A DNA stretch of 64,000 bases. Origin: Pseudomonadota bacterium (lineage in GTDB: Bacteria > Desulfobacterota > Binatia > UBA1149). The first letter of the stretch is position 1, and each line of letters starts with the position of its first letter. Shown one piece after another: positions 43,510-57,323 of the stretch. Below the pieces are notes generated by a model, which saw only the letters and a list, made by a program, of their open reading frames with translations, was not told the origin of the DNA and did no database searches. The DNA is taken from NCBI GenBank assembly GCA_014382245.1, contig JACNKC010000054.1, forward strand, positions 631-64,630, given 5' to 3'. The position numbers and the translations under genes are program-made.

Positions 43510-45651
43510 ATGCCGCTACATCATCGTGCCTGCAACCTGTGTGAAGCCTGCTGTGGAATCCTCGTGGAGACCGAGCAGGACCGTGTCGTAAAAATCGAGG
43601 GAGACGAGAACGACCCCTTGTCGCGGGGCTACATATGTCCCAAGGTATTTGCGCTCGTCGACCTGTACGAAGACCCCGACCGCCTGCGTCGCCCGGTGAT
43701 TCGCGAGGGCGACAGCTGGCGGGAAGTAGAGTGGGACGAGGCCTTTCGTGTCGCCGCGCAGGGATTGCACGCTGTGCAGAAGACGGGCGGTCGCGACACC
43801 CTGGCCACCTACTTCGGTAACCCCACGGTACACAACCTGCCGGCCCAGTTGTCGGCCGCCATGCTCATACGCACGCTGGACAGCCAGGTGCGTTTCAGCG
43901 CGTCGACGGTCGACCAGTTCCCCCACATGCTGGCGGCCCAGCAGGTGTTCGGCGGCCAGCTGACCATCGCCGTCCCCGACGTCGACCGCTGCCGAATGCT
44001 GATCATGATGGGCGCCAACCCGCTGGCCTCGAACGGCAGCTTCATGACCGCCCCTGGCATCCGTGGTCGCCTGCGGGCCATACAGAAACGCGGCGGCAAG
44101 GTGGTCGTCATAGACCCGCGTCGCAGCGAGACCGCGCGCCTGGCCGATCGCCACCTGTTCATACGACCGTCCACCGACCCGCTGCTGCTGCTGGCCATGC
44201 TCAACGTCATTTTTGCCGAGGGCCTGGTTGCGCCCGGCGCGGCTGACGGGCTGATCGACGGCGCTGAGCTCATCGAACAGCACGCCGCGAGTTACACCCC
44301 CGAAGCGGTGGAGCTGCTCACGGGAATTGCCGCGGCCGACATCCGCGAGCTCGTCAAGGATTTTACCGACGAACCGGCGGCGGCCGTGTACCCCCGCATC
44401 GGCACTTGCCTGCAGCCCTACGGCACGCTGGTCAGCGTGCTGGCCCTTGCCGTGAACCTGCTAACGGGCAAGGTCGACCGGGAAGGCGGCCTGATGTTTC
44501 CCCACGCCGCGATACCCAACCGTTCGCGTGGCAGGTACGGTCGCTGGAAGTCACGGGTGCGCGGAATGGCCGAGTTCGCCGGCGAGATCCCGGCGGCCAC
44601 CATGGCCGAAGAAATGGATACGCCTGGTGAAGGGCAGTTGCGCGGCCTGGTCACGATGGCCGGCAACCCGGTACTGTCTACGCCCAACGGTCGGCGACTG
44701 GAGGGCGCGCTGGAGGGGCTCGACTTCATGGTCAGTCTCGACCCCGCGCTCAACGAGACCACCAGGTTTGCCAACGTGATACTGCCGCCGAGGAGTTCGC
44801 TCATGAACCCGCAGTACAGCCTGGCGTTTCACCAACTGGCCGTGCGCGACACCGCTCGTTTCAGCCAGCCGGTTTTTGAGGCCGCAGATGGCGACCTGAG
44901 CGAGTGGGAAATCAGCCGTGGCTTGCTATCCGAGCTCGTCCGGCTGCGCAACGAAGACGCCGCCGCTTCGGGCGGCGAGACCGAGGCCGACCCCGCCCAG
45001 GCCATGTCGGCGACGGTTACCGAGGTGGTGGACATGATGCTCGCCGGTGGTGAGCACGGGCTGACGGTTGAGAAACTCTCCGAGCATCCCTCGGGGCTGG
45101 ACCTGGGTGCGCTCAAGACAGGCGGGCTGGCGCGGGTCGTGCTCCACGACGACGGACGCGTCAAGCTTGGCGGTGACATGGTCGAGCGAGAGCTCGAACG
45201 CCTGGCCGCTGACTTTGCCCGGGGAAGGGTAGGGCAGGTGACTGAGCCCGACGCCGAGGGCAACGGCATGCTGCTGGTTGGCCGACGGCACCTGCGGTCA
45301 AACAACTCCTGGATGCACAACTGTCCGAGCCTGGCCGAGGGCAAGCCGCGCTGCACGGCGCTGATCAATCCGGCCGATGCCTCGCGCCTGGACCTGGCGG
45401 ATGGACAGCTGGTGAGCGTACAGAGCCGCGTGGGCCGGGTGGATATTCCGGTGGAGCTGAGCGACGAGATTATGGTCGGGGTGGTCAGCATTCCCCACGG
45501 CTGGGGGCACGACCGCCCCGGGACCCGCATGAAGGTGGCGGCAGAAGCCGGTGGTGTGTCGGTAAATGACCTCACCGACGAGACCCAGACCGAGGGCCTG
45601 ACGGGCAACGCGGTGCTCAACGGCGTTCCTGTAACCGTGGCTGCGGCCTGA
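43510..45651 (+). CDS. Molybdopterin-dependent oxidoreductase (formate dehydrogenase/nitrate reductase-like catalytic subunit with N-terminal 4Fe-4S Cys motif)
   Basis: CNLCEACCG...CPKV (C-x2-C-x3-C-x27-C) followed by molybdopterin-binding domains and a C-terminal MoCo dinucleotide-binding beta-barrel (VSVNDLTDE...). 713 aa from ATG 43510. Confidence 0.85.
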   Translation: MPLHHRACNLCEACCGILVETEQDRVVKIEGDENDPLSRGYICPKVFALVDLYEDPDRLRRPVIREGDSWREVEWDEAFRVAAQGLHAVQKTGGRDTLATYFGNPTVHNLPAQLSAAMLIRTLDSQVRFSASTVDQFPHMLAAQQVFGGQLTIAVPDVDRCRMLIMMGANPLASNGSFMTAPGIRGRLRAIQKRGGKVVVIDPRRSETARLADRHLFIRPSTDPLLLLAMLNVIFAEGLVAPGAADGLIDGAELIEQHAASYTPEAVELLTGIAAADIRELVKDFTDEPAAAVYPRIGTCLQPYGTLVSVLALAVNLLTGKVDREGGLMFPHAAIPNRSRGRYGRWKSRVRGMAEFAGEIPAATMAEEMDTPGEGQLRGLVTMAGNPVLSTPNGRRLEGALEGLDFMVSLDPALNETTRFANVILPPRSSLMNPQYSLAFHQLAVRDTARFSQPVFEAADGDLSEWEISRGLLSELVRLRNEDAAASGGETEADPAQAMSATVTEVVDMMLAGGEHGLTVEKLSEHPSGLDLGALKTGGLARVVLHDDGRVKLGGDMVERELERLAADFARGRVGQVTEPDAEGNGMLLVGRRHLRSNNSWMHNCPSLAEGKPRCTALINPADASRLDLADGQLVSVQSRVGRVDIPVELSDEIMVGVVSIPHGWGHDRPGTRMKVAAEAGGVSVNDLTDETQTEGLTGNAVLNGVPVTVAAA

Positions 45652-45889
45652 AAAAGCGGGTCTCCCTGCAGTCGGGCGAACTATTTGCGTGAGCGATCGG
45701 GGGGGAAGCGTCACCGTGGCTGTGCGTTGTGCGAATATTGTTGGCCGCCAAGCCAGATAGCTCTTGCCCTGCCGTTGCAGGGTGGCATCGTTGTCCTGCG
45801 GACGGGGCACACCGATCGGAGTCCCGGAACTGCATATAGAGCCGTCCTACTGAGGCGGTTCATAAACGGGGGCGCAATAAGCACCCTTG

Positions 45890-45934
45890 CTCCGGGGACA
45901 AGGTGAAGACCCTTGTTTCCGGAGTCGTTTTTTT
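45890..45934 (+). terminator. Rho-independent terminator (14-bp stem with 2 G-U pairs, 7-nt loop, U7), 240 bp downstream of the Mo-oxidoreductase and 100 bp upstream of the next gene
   Basis: CTCCGGGGACAAGG-tgaagac-CCTTGTTTCCGGAG-tcg-TTTTTTT read directly. Confidence 0.65.
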
Positions 45935-46036
45935 GGCTTCTTTTCGCGTTTTCTCACCCGGCCCTACGGCTTTTCCTGGCGGTATAACGCGGTTTCCCCT
46001 TGCAAGGCAGCGGTATCGCTTTATGCTGTAGCCGTT

Positions 46037-46594
46037 ATGAAAGTTATTACGGCTGGCCCGCACCGGGCAATTTTTCTCGTCGTCCCTGCACTGCTTTGCG
46101 CCCTTGCGCTACCTGCCGCTGCCGCCGACGTGGTGGTGGACCACTGCGGCCAGCTGGTCGAAGCCGGCGACACGGGCTGGCTGCTTGCTGATCTGGACTG
46201 CAGTGCGGTATCCACCGAGGGAGTAGTGCTGTCCGATCGAGCCAGCCTGCACCTCGATGGCTTCAGCATTATCGGCAACCCCGAAACCAGTACCCCCCGG
46301 CAGGGAGTACGCTGCCTTTACGGAAGCAGCTGCAGCGTGCTGGGGCCGGGCGAGATCAGGGGCTTTTCGGCCGCCGGCGTTGCCGGCACCCGCGTGCGCG
46401 TGCGCGACCTGCGCATCGTGGGCAACGGCAGGGCGGGCGTGGCTGCTTACCGGCGGGTGGTGGCCCGCTCGGTAGAGATTGAGGAGAACGCGCTCACCGG
46501 TAGTCACGCCGGCTTGCACGCCGGTCGAAGGGTTCGGGTGCGCGACTCGGTGCTGGGCGAACATCCGGCGGGGGCCACGCTTACCGGCAACTGA
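46037..46594 (+). CDS. Secreted hypothetical protein, probable right-handed parallel beta-helix fold
   Basis: Signal peptide MKVITAGPHRAIFLVVPALLCALALPAAAA, then short repetitive beta-strand segments (VRVRDLRIVGNG..., VRVRDSVLGEH). 185 aa. Confidence 0.55.
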   Translation: MKVITAGPHRAIFLVVPALLCALALPAAAADVVVDHCGQLVEAGDTGWLLADLDCSAVSTEGVVLSDRASLHLDGFSIIGNPETSTPRQGVRCLYGSSCSVLGPGEIRGFSAAGVAGTRVRVRDLRIVGNGRAGVAAYRRVVARSVEIEENALTGSHAGLHAGRRVRVRDSVLGEHPAGATLTGN

Positions 46595-46642
46595 TATCCC
46601 GGCTGGCGCTTTCTCGCGCTACCCGCCGCTGCGTTTACTACC

Positions 46643-48634
<1,992 letters not shown>

Positions 48635-48645
48635 CAGCTGCACGC

Positions 48646-49401
48646 TCAGGTGTGGATGTACTGGCCGCCGTCCACGCGCAGCACCTTGCCGGTGATCCAC
48701 TCGCCGTCGCTTGAGGCCAGGAAAGCCACCATGCGGCCTATGTCGTCGGGCTGGCCCATGCGGCCGAGTGCGATGCTGGCCAGCGCGGCTTCGCCGTGGG
48801 CGTTGACCACGGCGTCGCCCATGGCTGATTTCACCAGGCCGGGAGCCACGACGTTGACCCTGATTCCCGAAGAGGCGACCTCTTTTGCCAGTGTCAGGGT
48901 AAGCGCGTTGACGCCGGCCTTGGCCACGTTGTAGGGAGACCCGAAGGGCATGAGGTTATCGGCAGCTATCGACGAGATCGCCGTTATCGAACCGCCGCCA
49001 GCGTTCTCGATGTAGGGCACCGCGGTTCGCAGCGTGTAGAACACGCCGTCGAGGTTGGTGTCGAGCACCTTGCGCCAGTAGCGCGGCTCGACCTGCGACA
49101 CCGGGGCCACGCCCGAGGGCAGGCCGGCGTTGGCCACCACGGTGTCCAGTCCGCCGAGGAATTCGTTGGCCCGGGCAAACGCTTCTTCAACCTGCTCGAG
49201 GTCACTCGCGTCGCTCTTGAGGGCCAGCGCTCGTCCGCCGAGCGCTTCTATCTCGGCCACCGCCGAGGCGGCTTCTTCTTCTGCGCGACGATAAGTGATG
49301 ACCAGTGAAGCCCCGCAGCCGGCCAGTGCCAGCGCGATTCCCCGGCCTATTCCCCGCGAGCCGCCGGTAACGAGCGCGCGATGTCCATCGAGATCAGCCA
49401 A
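48646..49401 (-). CDS. SDR family oxidoreductase (3-oxoacyl-ACP reductase-like)
   Basis: ALVTGGSRGIGRGIA, NAG, YNVAKAG catalytic motif. Confidence 0.9.
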   Translation of the reverse strand: MADLDGHRALVTGGSRGIGRGIALALAGCGASLVITYRRAEEEAASAVAEIEALGGRALALKSDASDLEQVEEAFARANEFLGGLDTVVANAGLPSGVAPVSQVEPRYWRKVLDTNLDGVFYTLRTAVPYIENAGGGSITAISSIAADNLMPFGSPYNVAKAGVNALTLTLAKEVASSGIRVNVVAPGLVKSAMGDAVVNAHGEAALASIALGRMGQPDDIGRMVAFLASSDGEWITGKVLRVDGGQYIHT

Positions 49402-49403
49402 TG

Positions 49404-50009
49404 TCAGCTCTCCTTTTCAGCGGGTGGCCGCGCTCGGTCTTCGCCGCGGGTGTCATCTATGTTTCTGGTAGGCATGTCCTGCTCGAGCATGCGCAGGGGG
49501 GTGGCTTTTTCTTCTACCAGCTGTCGGTTCGCGGTGCTGTAGCTGAAGCAGGTGTCGCGCATGCCGGGCACGTTGTTGAGAACGAAATCGTGGCGTTGCA
49601 GCGGCACGTCTTCCCGTTCGCGTTCCTCGCGCGATTGCGAGGTAAACAGGCGCACGAAATGCAGCTGGTAGGCGGCCTGGGCGATCTCGACCAGTAGCTC
49701 CGATACGCGGTGGCATCCGCCCGAACCGCCAACGGCCTTGCGCGCTTCCAGCGTAAAGCCGCGCGCGACCTTCATTCCCACCAGGCGTTCGATGTTGGGG
49801 TGGGTCATGTTGCAGACCTCGGTGAAGGGCCCGTTGCGTACCTCGCTGCGGGCGGCGACTATCTCCAGCGAGGGATGCAGGATCTCCACCTCGGCTCGAA
49901 CGTCGTGTACCTCGTCGCGCAACGAGGCCGTTATGAGAAAGCGATCTCCCTCGATTGGGAAAATGCTCACGTTCTTGTTGCGGTGATAGATGGCGCTGCG
50001 TGTAGGCAT
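49404..50009 (-). CDS. DUF2889 domain protein
   Basis: 201 aa; stop-start overlap (ATGA) with the downstream SDR. Family call from memory of DUF2889 proteins encoded next to SDRs and ligases; moderate certainty. Confidence 0.5.
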   Translation of the reverse strand: MPTRSAIYHRNKNVSIFPIEGDRFLITASLRDEVHDVRAEVEILHPSLEIVAARSEVRNGPFTEVCNMTHPNIERLVGMKVARGFTLEARKAVGGSGGCHRVSELLVEIAQAAYQLHFVRLFTSQSREEREREDVPLQRHDFVLNNVPGMRDTCFSYSTANRQLVEEKATPLRMLEQDMPTRNIDDTRGEDRARPPAEKES

Positions 50010-50066
50010 CGCTACTGTTTAGCGGGGTGGCCTACCCGAAAGAAGCAGCTTCTCAGCCCTGCTGCT

Positions 50067-51707
<1,641 letters not shown>

Positions 51708-51817
51708 TCAATGGAAACGGCGGGCTGGGCGACTTGGTGTGTACGCGGGCCACGGCTATACCTGTCGGCCGGTCGTGCAGGCTGGTCATTTTGACCCGGC
51801 CCGGCCACTGATGGAGC

Positions 51818-52627
51818 ATGCGCATAGTTTCGTGGAACGTTAACGGCATTCGCGCGGCGGCGCGCAAGGGCTTCCTCGGGTGGCTCGAACGCAGCCGTCC
51901 CGACGTCGTGTGCTTGCAGGAAACAAAGGCCCTGCCTGAGCAGGTGCCCGACGACGTGCTGCTGGCCATCACGTCGCTGGGCTACCATCTCGATTGGCAC
52001 TCGGCCGAGCGCAAGGGTTACAGCGGCGTGGCGACCTTCAGCCTCGAAAAACCCTTGTTCGTCACCCGCGGGCTCGGGTTTGAGCGCAACGAGGGGCGTA
52101 TTCTCGTCACCGAGCACGGCGCGGTCACGGTCTACAATGTTTACTTTCCCAACGGCCGGCAGACCCCCGAGGGGCCCGACCCCGATCGCCTGGGCTTCAA
52201 GATGGAGTTTTACGCCGCGCTGCTCGAGGTGGTCGACGAAGAACGCGAGCAGGGTAAGAACGTGGTCGTATCCGGTGACTGGAATACAGCCCACACCGAG
52301 GTCGACCTGGCCCGACCGAAACAGAACGAGACCGTGACTGGTTTTCTACCCGAGGAACGCCGGGCGTTGCAGGACTGGTTTGATCGCGGCTACGTCGACA
52401 CCTTTCGCGCCCTGAATCCCGCGTCGGCCTATGAAGGCAAGCAAGCGCACGAGCGGGATTATTCCTGGTGGAGTTATCGCGCGGGTGCGCGGGATCGCAA
52501 CGTGGGCTGGCGCATCGACTACCACGTTGTCGATGCGGGGCTGGTTTCGCGTGTGAAGTCGGCGCTCATCCACGCCGAGGTCATGGGCTCAGACCACTGT
52601 CCCATCGAGCTGGAGCTCGACGTTTAG
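51818..52627 (+). CDS. xthA: Exodeoxyribonuclease III
   Basis: MRIVSWNVNGIRAA...DVVCLQETK...GDWNTAH...SDHCPIELELDV; canonical Xth/APE1 EEP-family motifs. Confidence 0.9.
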   Translation: MRIVSWNVNGIRAAARKGFLGWLERSRPDVVCLQETKALPEQVPDDVLLAITSLGYHLDWHSAERKGYSGVATFSLEKPLFVTRGLGFERNEGRILVTEHGAVTVYNVYFPNGRQTPEGPDPDRLGFKMEFYAALLEVVDEEREQGKNVVVSGDWNTAHTEVDLARPKQNETVTGFLPEERRALQDWFDRGYVDTFRALNPASAYEGKQAHERDYSWWSYRAGARDRNVGWRIDYHVVDAGLVSRVKSALIHAEVMGSDHCPIELELDV

Positions 52628-52956
52628 AAACCGTCGCGGCCCACGCGCGGGAGATGTTGAGACAGGTGAATAGTGGGCGGCCACCTGCGCCGCTGTCGCG
52701 GGGTGGAGTGGCTGTGGAAGAGCAGGGCCCACATTCCGCCGCAGGCGCCGACGACCGTTGCCACCAGCAGCACGAAAGCGATGCTGGTGGGCACGACGCG
52801 CATTATGGTCTGCAGCAAGGTGAGGGCCAGCATGCAGGTCCCCAGCCCGAACACGAGGTAGCCCAGCGCGGCGGCAACCGTGCCCCCAGCTGGTTCGTCG
52901 GGTCGTTCATCGGGCGCCAGGCTGGCATCCCAGCCCGCTCTGTTTACTGCAACCAT
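52624..52956 (-). CDS. Hypothetical small membrane protein
   Basis: Two to three predicted TM helices (LGYLVFGLGTCMLALTLL, IAFVLLVATVVGACGGMWALLF). Start at internal ATG 52956; the upstream extension was rejected. Confidence 0.4.
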   Translation of the reverse strand: MVAVNRAGWDASLAPDERPDEPAGGTVAAALGYLVFGLGTCMLALTLLQTIMRVVPTSIAFVLLVATVVGACGGMWALLFHSHSTPRQRRRWPPTIHLSQHLPRVGRDGF

Positions 52957-53254
52957 TGTTTCACCGTGGTGCCGAGCTGTGCCGCCTCGGGGGGGCACTT
53001 GTTCCCCTGGCTGGCAAGCATACGGCCGACGCCGCATTTTAACCCCACCCGGGGGCTGGATGCCAAGCTGGCGAGCCGTTTATGGTGATAAAAAGGCGTA
53101 AAAAGGCAAAAGATAAGTTATTTCCGCTCTTGGCTCGCAATTTTGCACGATTTCGGCCGGAGCGTTTTGTTCCCCCCTGAGTGGGGGCTATCGGGTCCTT
53201 TGGCTTGGGAGCGCGTACTCGACACAACACGCGAGACAGGCGAAAAACCATTCC

Positions 53255-54676
53255 ATGAGTGACTTGATGGACCTGTCGGCCGTTGAACTTGCGGCACTGG
53301 TGAGGGCCGGCGACGCTTCGCCCAGCGACTGCGTGGAGGCGGCGCTGGCGCGTATATCCGAGCGCAACGAATCGCTCAACGCTTTCGTACACGTCTGCGC
53401 CGAGCGTGCGCTGGGTGACGCGCGCGACCTGGAAAAACGCATGGCCCATGGCGAGCAAACGCTTCCGCTGGCCGGCGTTCCCCTGGGCGTCAAGGACCTC
53501 GAAGAGGTGGCCGGACTTCCTTGCACCTACGGCTCGGTGCCCCTGCGCGACAACGTGGCCGAACGCGATTCGGTGCAGGTGGAGCGCCTGCGCGCAGCCG
53601 GTGCCATCGTGGTGGGCAAGACCAACACGCCCGAGTTCGGTTACACGGGCTTTACCAGGAACCGCGTGTTCGGCACCACGCGCAACCCGTGGAACGCCGA
53701 GCGCACGCCGGGTGGATCGAGCGGAGGGTCGGCGGCGGCGCTCGCCGGTCGCATGGTGCCGCTGGTCACGGCTTCCGACGGGGGCGGGTCCACGAGGATA
53801 CCCGCTTGCTACACCGGCGCGTTCGGCATCAAGCCGAGCTTTGGCCGCATACCGCTGGGCCCGCTCGACGGTGGCAGTGCGCAATGGGCCGACACCATTC
53901 ACCTTGGTCCCATAACCCGCAGCACGGCTGACGCGGCGACGTTCATCGACGCCGCCTGCGGTTATCATCCCGCCGATGCCAACTCGCTTCCGCACCCGGG
54001 GTTTTCTTACCTCGAGAGCATCGATGATCTGCCGACCGGGTTGCGAGTGGGCTTCAGTCGCGACCTCGGATACGCGCGGGTGCAGAAAGACGTGCTGCGC
54101 GAGGTCGAAGGCAGCGTGGCCGAGCTGGCGGCGCTGGGGTTCGAAATAGACGAGCTGGATTTGAAGTTGCCCGACCTCGGCAACGACTGGGGCATGATGG
54201 CCGGCGCTGAGTCATTCGGCGTAGTGGCGCCGCTGGTCGAAGGCCACGAGGAAGAGCTGGGACGGGGTTTCTGGCAGGGCCTGCAGTTTGCTTCGCGGCT
54301 CGACCCGGCCGGCATCGCGCGCATACAGCGGCAACGCGCTGAGCTGAACGCGGCGCTTGGTGCCCTGTTCGAAGATTATGATCTGCTGGTAACGCCGCAG
54401 TTGCCGACCGAGGCTTTTGCGGCTTCGGGGCCGCCGCCCTCGGGCGTCGACGGTCGGGATTTTGACGCGCCCATGCACGCGGTGGCTTTTACTTACCCGT
54501 TTAACATGTCGGGGCATCCGGCGGCCAGCCTGCGTGCCGGCATGACCGACGCGGGCTTACCTGCGGGCCTGCAACTGGTGGCCGAGCGTCATCGTGACGA
54601 GCTGGTCTTGCAGACGGCACGGGCACTGGAGCTGTCCCGGCCCGCGGCCGACTGGCCGGCCTTTCCGTTCTCCTGA
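53255..54676 (+). CDS. Amidase (amidase-signature family)
   Basis: [12 protein letters not shown] Ser-cisSer-Lys signature region, and K (VKDLEEV) upstream. Confidence 0.9.
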   Translation: MSDLMDLSAVELAALVRAGDASPSDCVEAALARISERNESLNAFVHVCAERALGDARDLEKRMAHGEQTLPLAGVPLGVKDLEEVAGLPCTYGSVPLRDNVAERDSVQVERLRAAGAIVVGKTNTPEFGYTGFTRNRVFGTTRNPWNAERTPGGSSGGSAAALAGRMVPLVTASDGGGSTRIPACYTGAFGIKPSFGRIPLGPLDGGSAQWADTIHLGPITRSTADAATFIDAACGYHPADANSLPHPGFSYLESIDDLPTGLRVGFSRDLGYARVQKDVLREVEGSVAELAALGFEIDELDLKLPDLGNDWGMMAGAESFGVVAPLVEGHEEELGRGFWQGLQFASRLDPAGIARIQRQRAELNAALGALFEDYDLLVTPQLPTEAFAASGPPPSGVDGRDFDAPMHAVAFTYPFNMSGHPAASLRAGMTDAGLPAGLQLVAERHRDELVLQTARALELSRPAADWPAFPFS

Positions 54677-54677
54677 T

Positions 54678-56426
54678 CTACAGCGACAGTCGTTCGGCCA
54701 GGGCTCGGTGCTGCTCCCAGATTTTCTCGGGCAGGCGATCACCGAACTTTTCGTAGAAGGCTTTCTGGTCCTCCACCTCGGCCTGCCATGACTCACGGTC
54801 AATGTGCAGCAGGTCGGCCATCGTCTCTTCGTCGACGTCGTCCAGGCCGTCAATGTCGATCGTGCCCTCGGCCGGCACCCAGCCTACGGCTGTTTTTACC
54901 GCGTCGGCCGCCCCCAGGCAGCGCTCGCGTATCCAGCGCAGCACGCGGAGGTTCTCGCCGAAGCCCGGCCATATGAATCGGCCGCCGTCGTCCTGGCGAA
55001 ACCAGTTTACGTGGAAGATAGCGGGCAGCTTGTCTGACTTGGCACCCAGCGACAGCCAATGGGCAAAATAGTCGGCCATGTTGTAACCGCAGAACGGTAT
55101 CATTGCCATGGGGTCGCGCCTGACGACGCCGACCGCGCCCGTGGCCGCTGCCGTTGTTTCCGAGGCGACCGCCGATCCAACGTAAACGCCGTGCTCCCAG
55201 TCGAAGGCTTCGAACACGAGCGGAGCCGTTTTCGCCCGCCGCCCGCCGAATATGAAGGCTGAGATCGGCACGCCGCGCGGTGATTCCCAGTCCTCGGATA
55301 TGCAGGGACACTGGGAGGCGGGCGCGGTGAAGCGCGAGTTAGGGTGGGCGGCTTTATCTTCACTGGCCGGCGTCCAGTCGTTGCCGCGCCAGTCGGTGGC
55401 GTGGGCCGGCGGGTCGCCGTCCATGCCTTCCCACCATGGCTGGCCGTCATCGGTCAGCGCCACGTTGGTGAATATGGTGTTGGCCGAGGCGCTGATCATC
55501 GCGTTGGGGTTGGTCTTGCTGCTCGTGCCCGGCGCGACACCGAAGAATCCGTACTCGGGGTTTATGGCGTAGAGTCGGCCGTCTTCACCGAATTTCATCC
55601 ACGCGATGTCGTCGCCCACGGTCCAGATTTTCCAGCCGTCCTGGCACTCGGGCGGGACCAGCATGGCGAGGTTGGTCTTGCCGCAGGCACTGGGAAAAGC
55701 AGCTGCCATGTAAGTGATGTCGCCCTCGGGGCTTTCGAGTCCGAGGATGAGCATGTGCTCGGCCAGCCAGCCCTCGTCGCGCGCCATGGTCGACGCGATT
55801 CGCAAGGCGAAGCATTTTTTGCCCAGCAGCGCATTGCCGCCGTATCCCGACCCCACGCTCCAGATCTCGCGGCGCTCGGGAAAGTGCAAGATGAAACGAC
55901 GATCGGGTGAAAGGTCGCCCAGCGAGTGCAGGCCCTTGACGAACTGGCCGTCGTCGCCGAGCTGCTCGATCGCGATCTGTCCCATGCGCGTCATCGTACG
56001 CATGTTGATAACGACGTAGGGCGAATCGGTTATTTCGACGCCCACCTGGGATATGGGCGAGCCGGCAGGTCCCATGATGTAGGGAATCACGTACATGGTG
56101 CGGCCCTTCATCGCGCCTTCGTAAAGCGGGCGGACCTTTTTCTCGGCGTCTTCAGGCGACATCCAGTTGTTGGTGGGGCCGGCGTTATTCTCGTCTTCGC
56201 TGCAGATGAAGGTGAGGTGCTCCACCCGGGCGACGTCCTGGGGGTCGCTGCGGTACAGGTAACAGCCGGGGTAGGTCTCCTCGTTGAGAACGGTGAAATC
56301 ACCGCTGGCCACCAGCTGGTCGATCAGCCCCTGGTACTCCTGTTGTGAGCCGTCGCACCAGACCACGCGGTCGGGGCAGGTAAGCTCTGATATTTCGTTG
56401 ACCCAGTCGTTAAGAACCTTGTTCAT
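54678..56426 (-). CDS. pckG: Phosphoenolpyruvate carboxykinase (GTP)
   Basis: Canonical GTP-PEPCK motifs ([11 protein letters not shown] kinase-1a, [10 protein letters not shown]-terminal ...[18 protein letters not shown]). Confidence 0.95.
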   Translation of the reverse strand: MNKVLNDWVNEISELTCPDRVVWCDGSQQEYQGLIDQLVASGDFTVLNEETYPGCYLYRSDPQDVARVEHLTFICSEDENNAGPTNNWMSPEDAEKKVRPLYEGAMKGRTMYVIPYIMGPAGSPISQVGVEITDSPYVVINMRTMTRMGQIAIEQLGDDGQFVKGLHSLGDLSPDRRFILHFPERREIWSVGSGYGGNALLGKKCFALRIASTMARDEGWLAEHMLILGLESPEGDITYMAAAFPSACGKTNLAMLVPPECQDGWKIWTVGDDIAWMKFGEDGRLYAINPEYGFFGVAPGTSSKTNPNAMISASANTIFTNVALTDDGQPWWEGMDGDPPAHATDWRGNDWTPASEDKAAHPNSRFTAPASQCPCISEDWESPRGVPISAFIFGGRRAKTAPLVFEAFDWEHGVYVGSAVASETTAAATGAVGVVRRDPMAMIPFCGYNMADYFAHWLSLGAKSDKLPAIFHVNWFRQDDGGRFIWPGFGENLRVLRWIRERCLGAADAVKTAVGWVPAEGTIDIDGLDDVDEETMADLLHIDRESWQAEVEDQKAFYEKFGDRLPEKIWEQHRALAERLSL

Positions 56427-56564
56427 CCTGGTTATGAATACTCCCGTGGCGCTGCCTGCCCGGACCCTCGACTGCTCTTACGGGTGGGCGGCTGAACAGC
56501 GTATATCACGCCACACTAGACCGGAAAATAAACGGTTTCCAATTTCGCCGCGTAGCGGGATGGG

Positions 56565-57206
56565 TCAGCCTTTGCCGGCCTTCCAGAGCTCTACGTCGCC
56601 CGAAAGGGCCACGAAGCGCTGTACCAGGCGGGGCTGGCTGAATCCGGCCGACTCGAGTTCGTAGCCGGGGCCGCGGTCATCCGGGGGGTCCGGCCCTATG
56701 CCCGCGGCCTGGGCCAGCACGCGCGCGGGTGCTGCCGCCAGTGCCAGCCACGCGGGCCAGGCGGCCGACCAGTCGGCGACCAGCACGTGGCCCCCGGTGG
56801 CGAGCACTCTCCTGGTCTCGGCCAGCACCTGGTGGCGGGTGGCCAGTCCCAGTTCGTTGAGCACCATGGTGAGAGCGATGACATCAAAAGAGTTGTTTTC
56901 AAAGGGCAGCGATTGGCCAGAGCCTTCGAGCAGGTGCACGCGCTCTCCGCTGCCTCCCAGGCGCCGACGGGCTACATTGAGAGCGTCGGGGGTGGGCTCC
57001 ACACCATAGAGCAGCGCTCCCGGTTCGTCGTAGACCGCTCGCTCGAGCAGCGAACCCGTGCCGCAACCGACATCGAGCATGCGGGTGCCGGATTTTAACT
57101 CGCAGGCAGCAACCAGGTCTTCAATAAACGAGCTTTCCGGCCACAACAGTGACCGCCAGCTGCGGTTGAAGCTGTCGTACATTGACCCGGTTTCGGCAAC
57201 GATCAT
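56565..57206 (-). CDS. Class I SAM-dependent methyltransferase
   Basis: MLDVGCGTGSLLERA (motif I), VIALTMVLNEL, TGGHVLVADW. Confidence 0.8.
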   Translation of the reverse strand: MIVAETGSMYDSFNRSWRSLLWPESSFIEDLVAACELKSGTRMLDVGCGTGSLLERAVYDEPGALLYGVEPTPDALNVARRRLGGSGERVHLLEGSGQSLPFENNSFDVIALTMVLNELGLATRHQVLAETRRVLATGGHVLVADWSAAWPAWLALAAAPARVLAQAAGIGPDPPDDRGPGYELESAGFSQPRLVQRFVALSGDVELWKAGKG

Positions 57207-57323
57207 CTATCCATTATAGCCTACGCGGCGGCGGGCGCAGGCTATTTGTTGCAGGGCCCGTCCTTGTAAGCATTGTCGCCCGGTGGCAAGCATGGTGCTG
57301 CGGTGGGTACGGGGGCCTCAACG

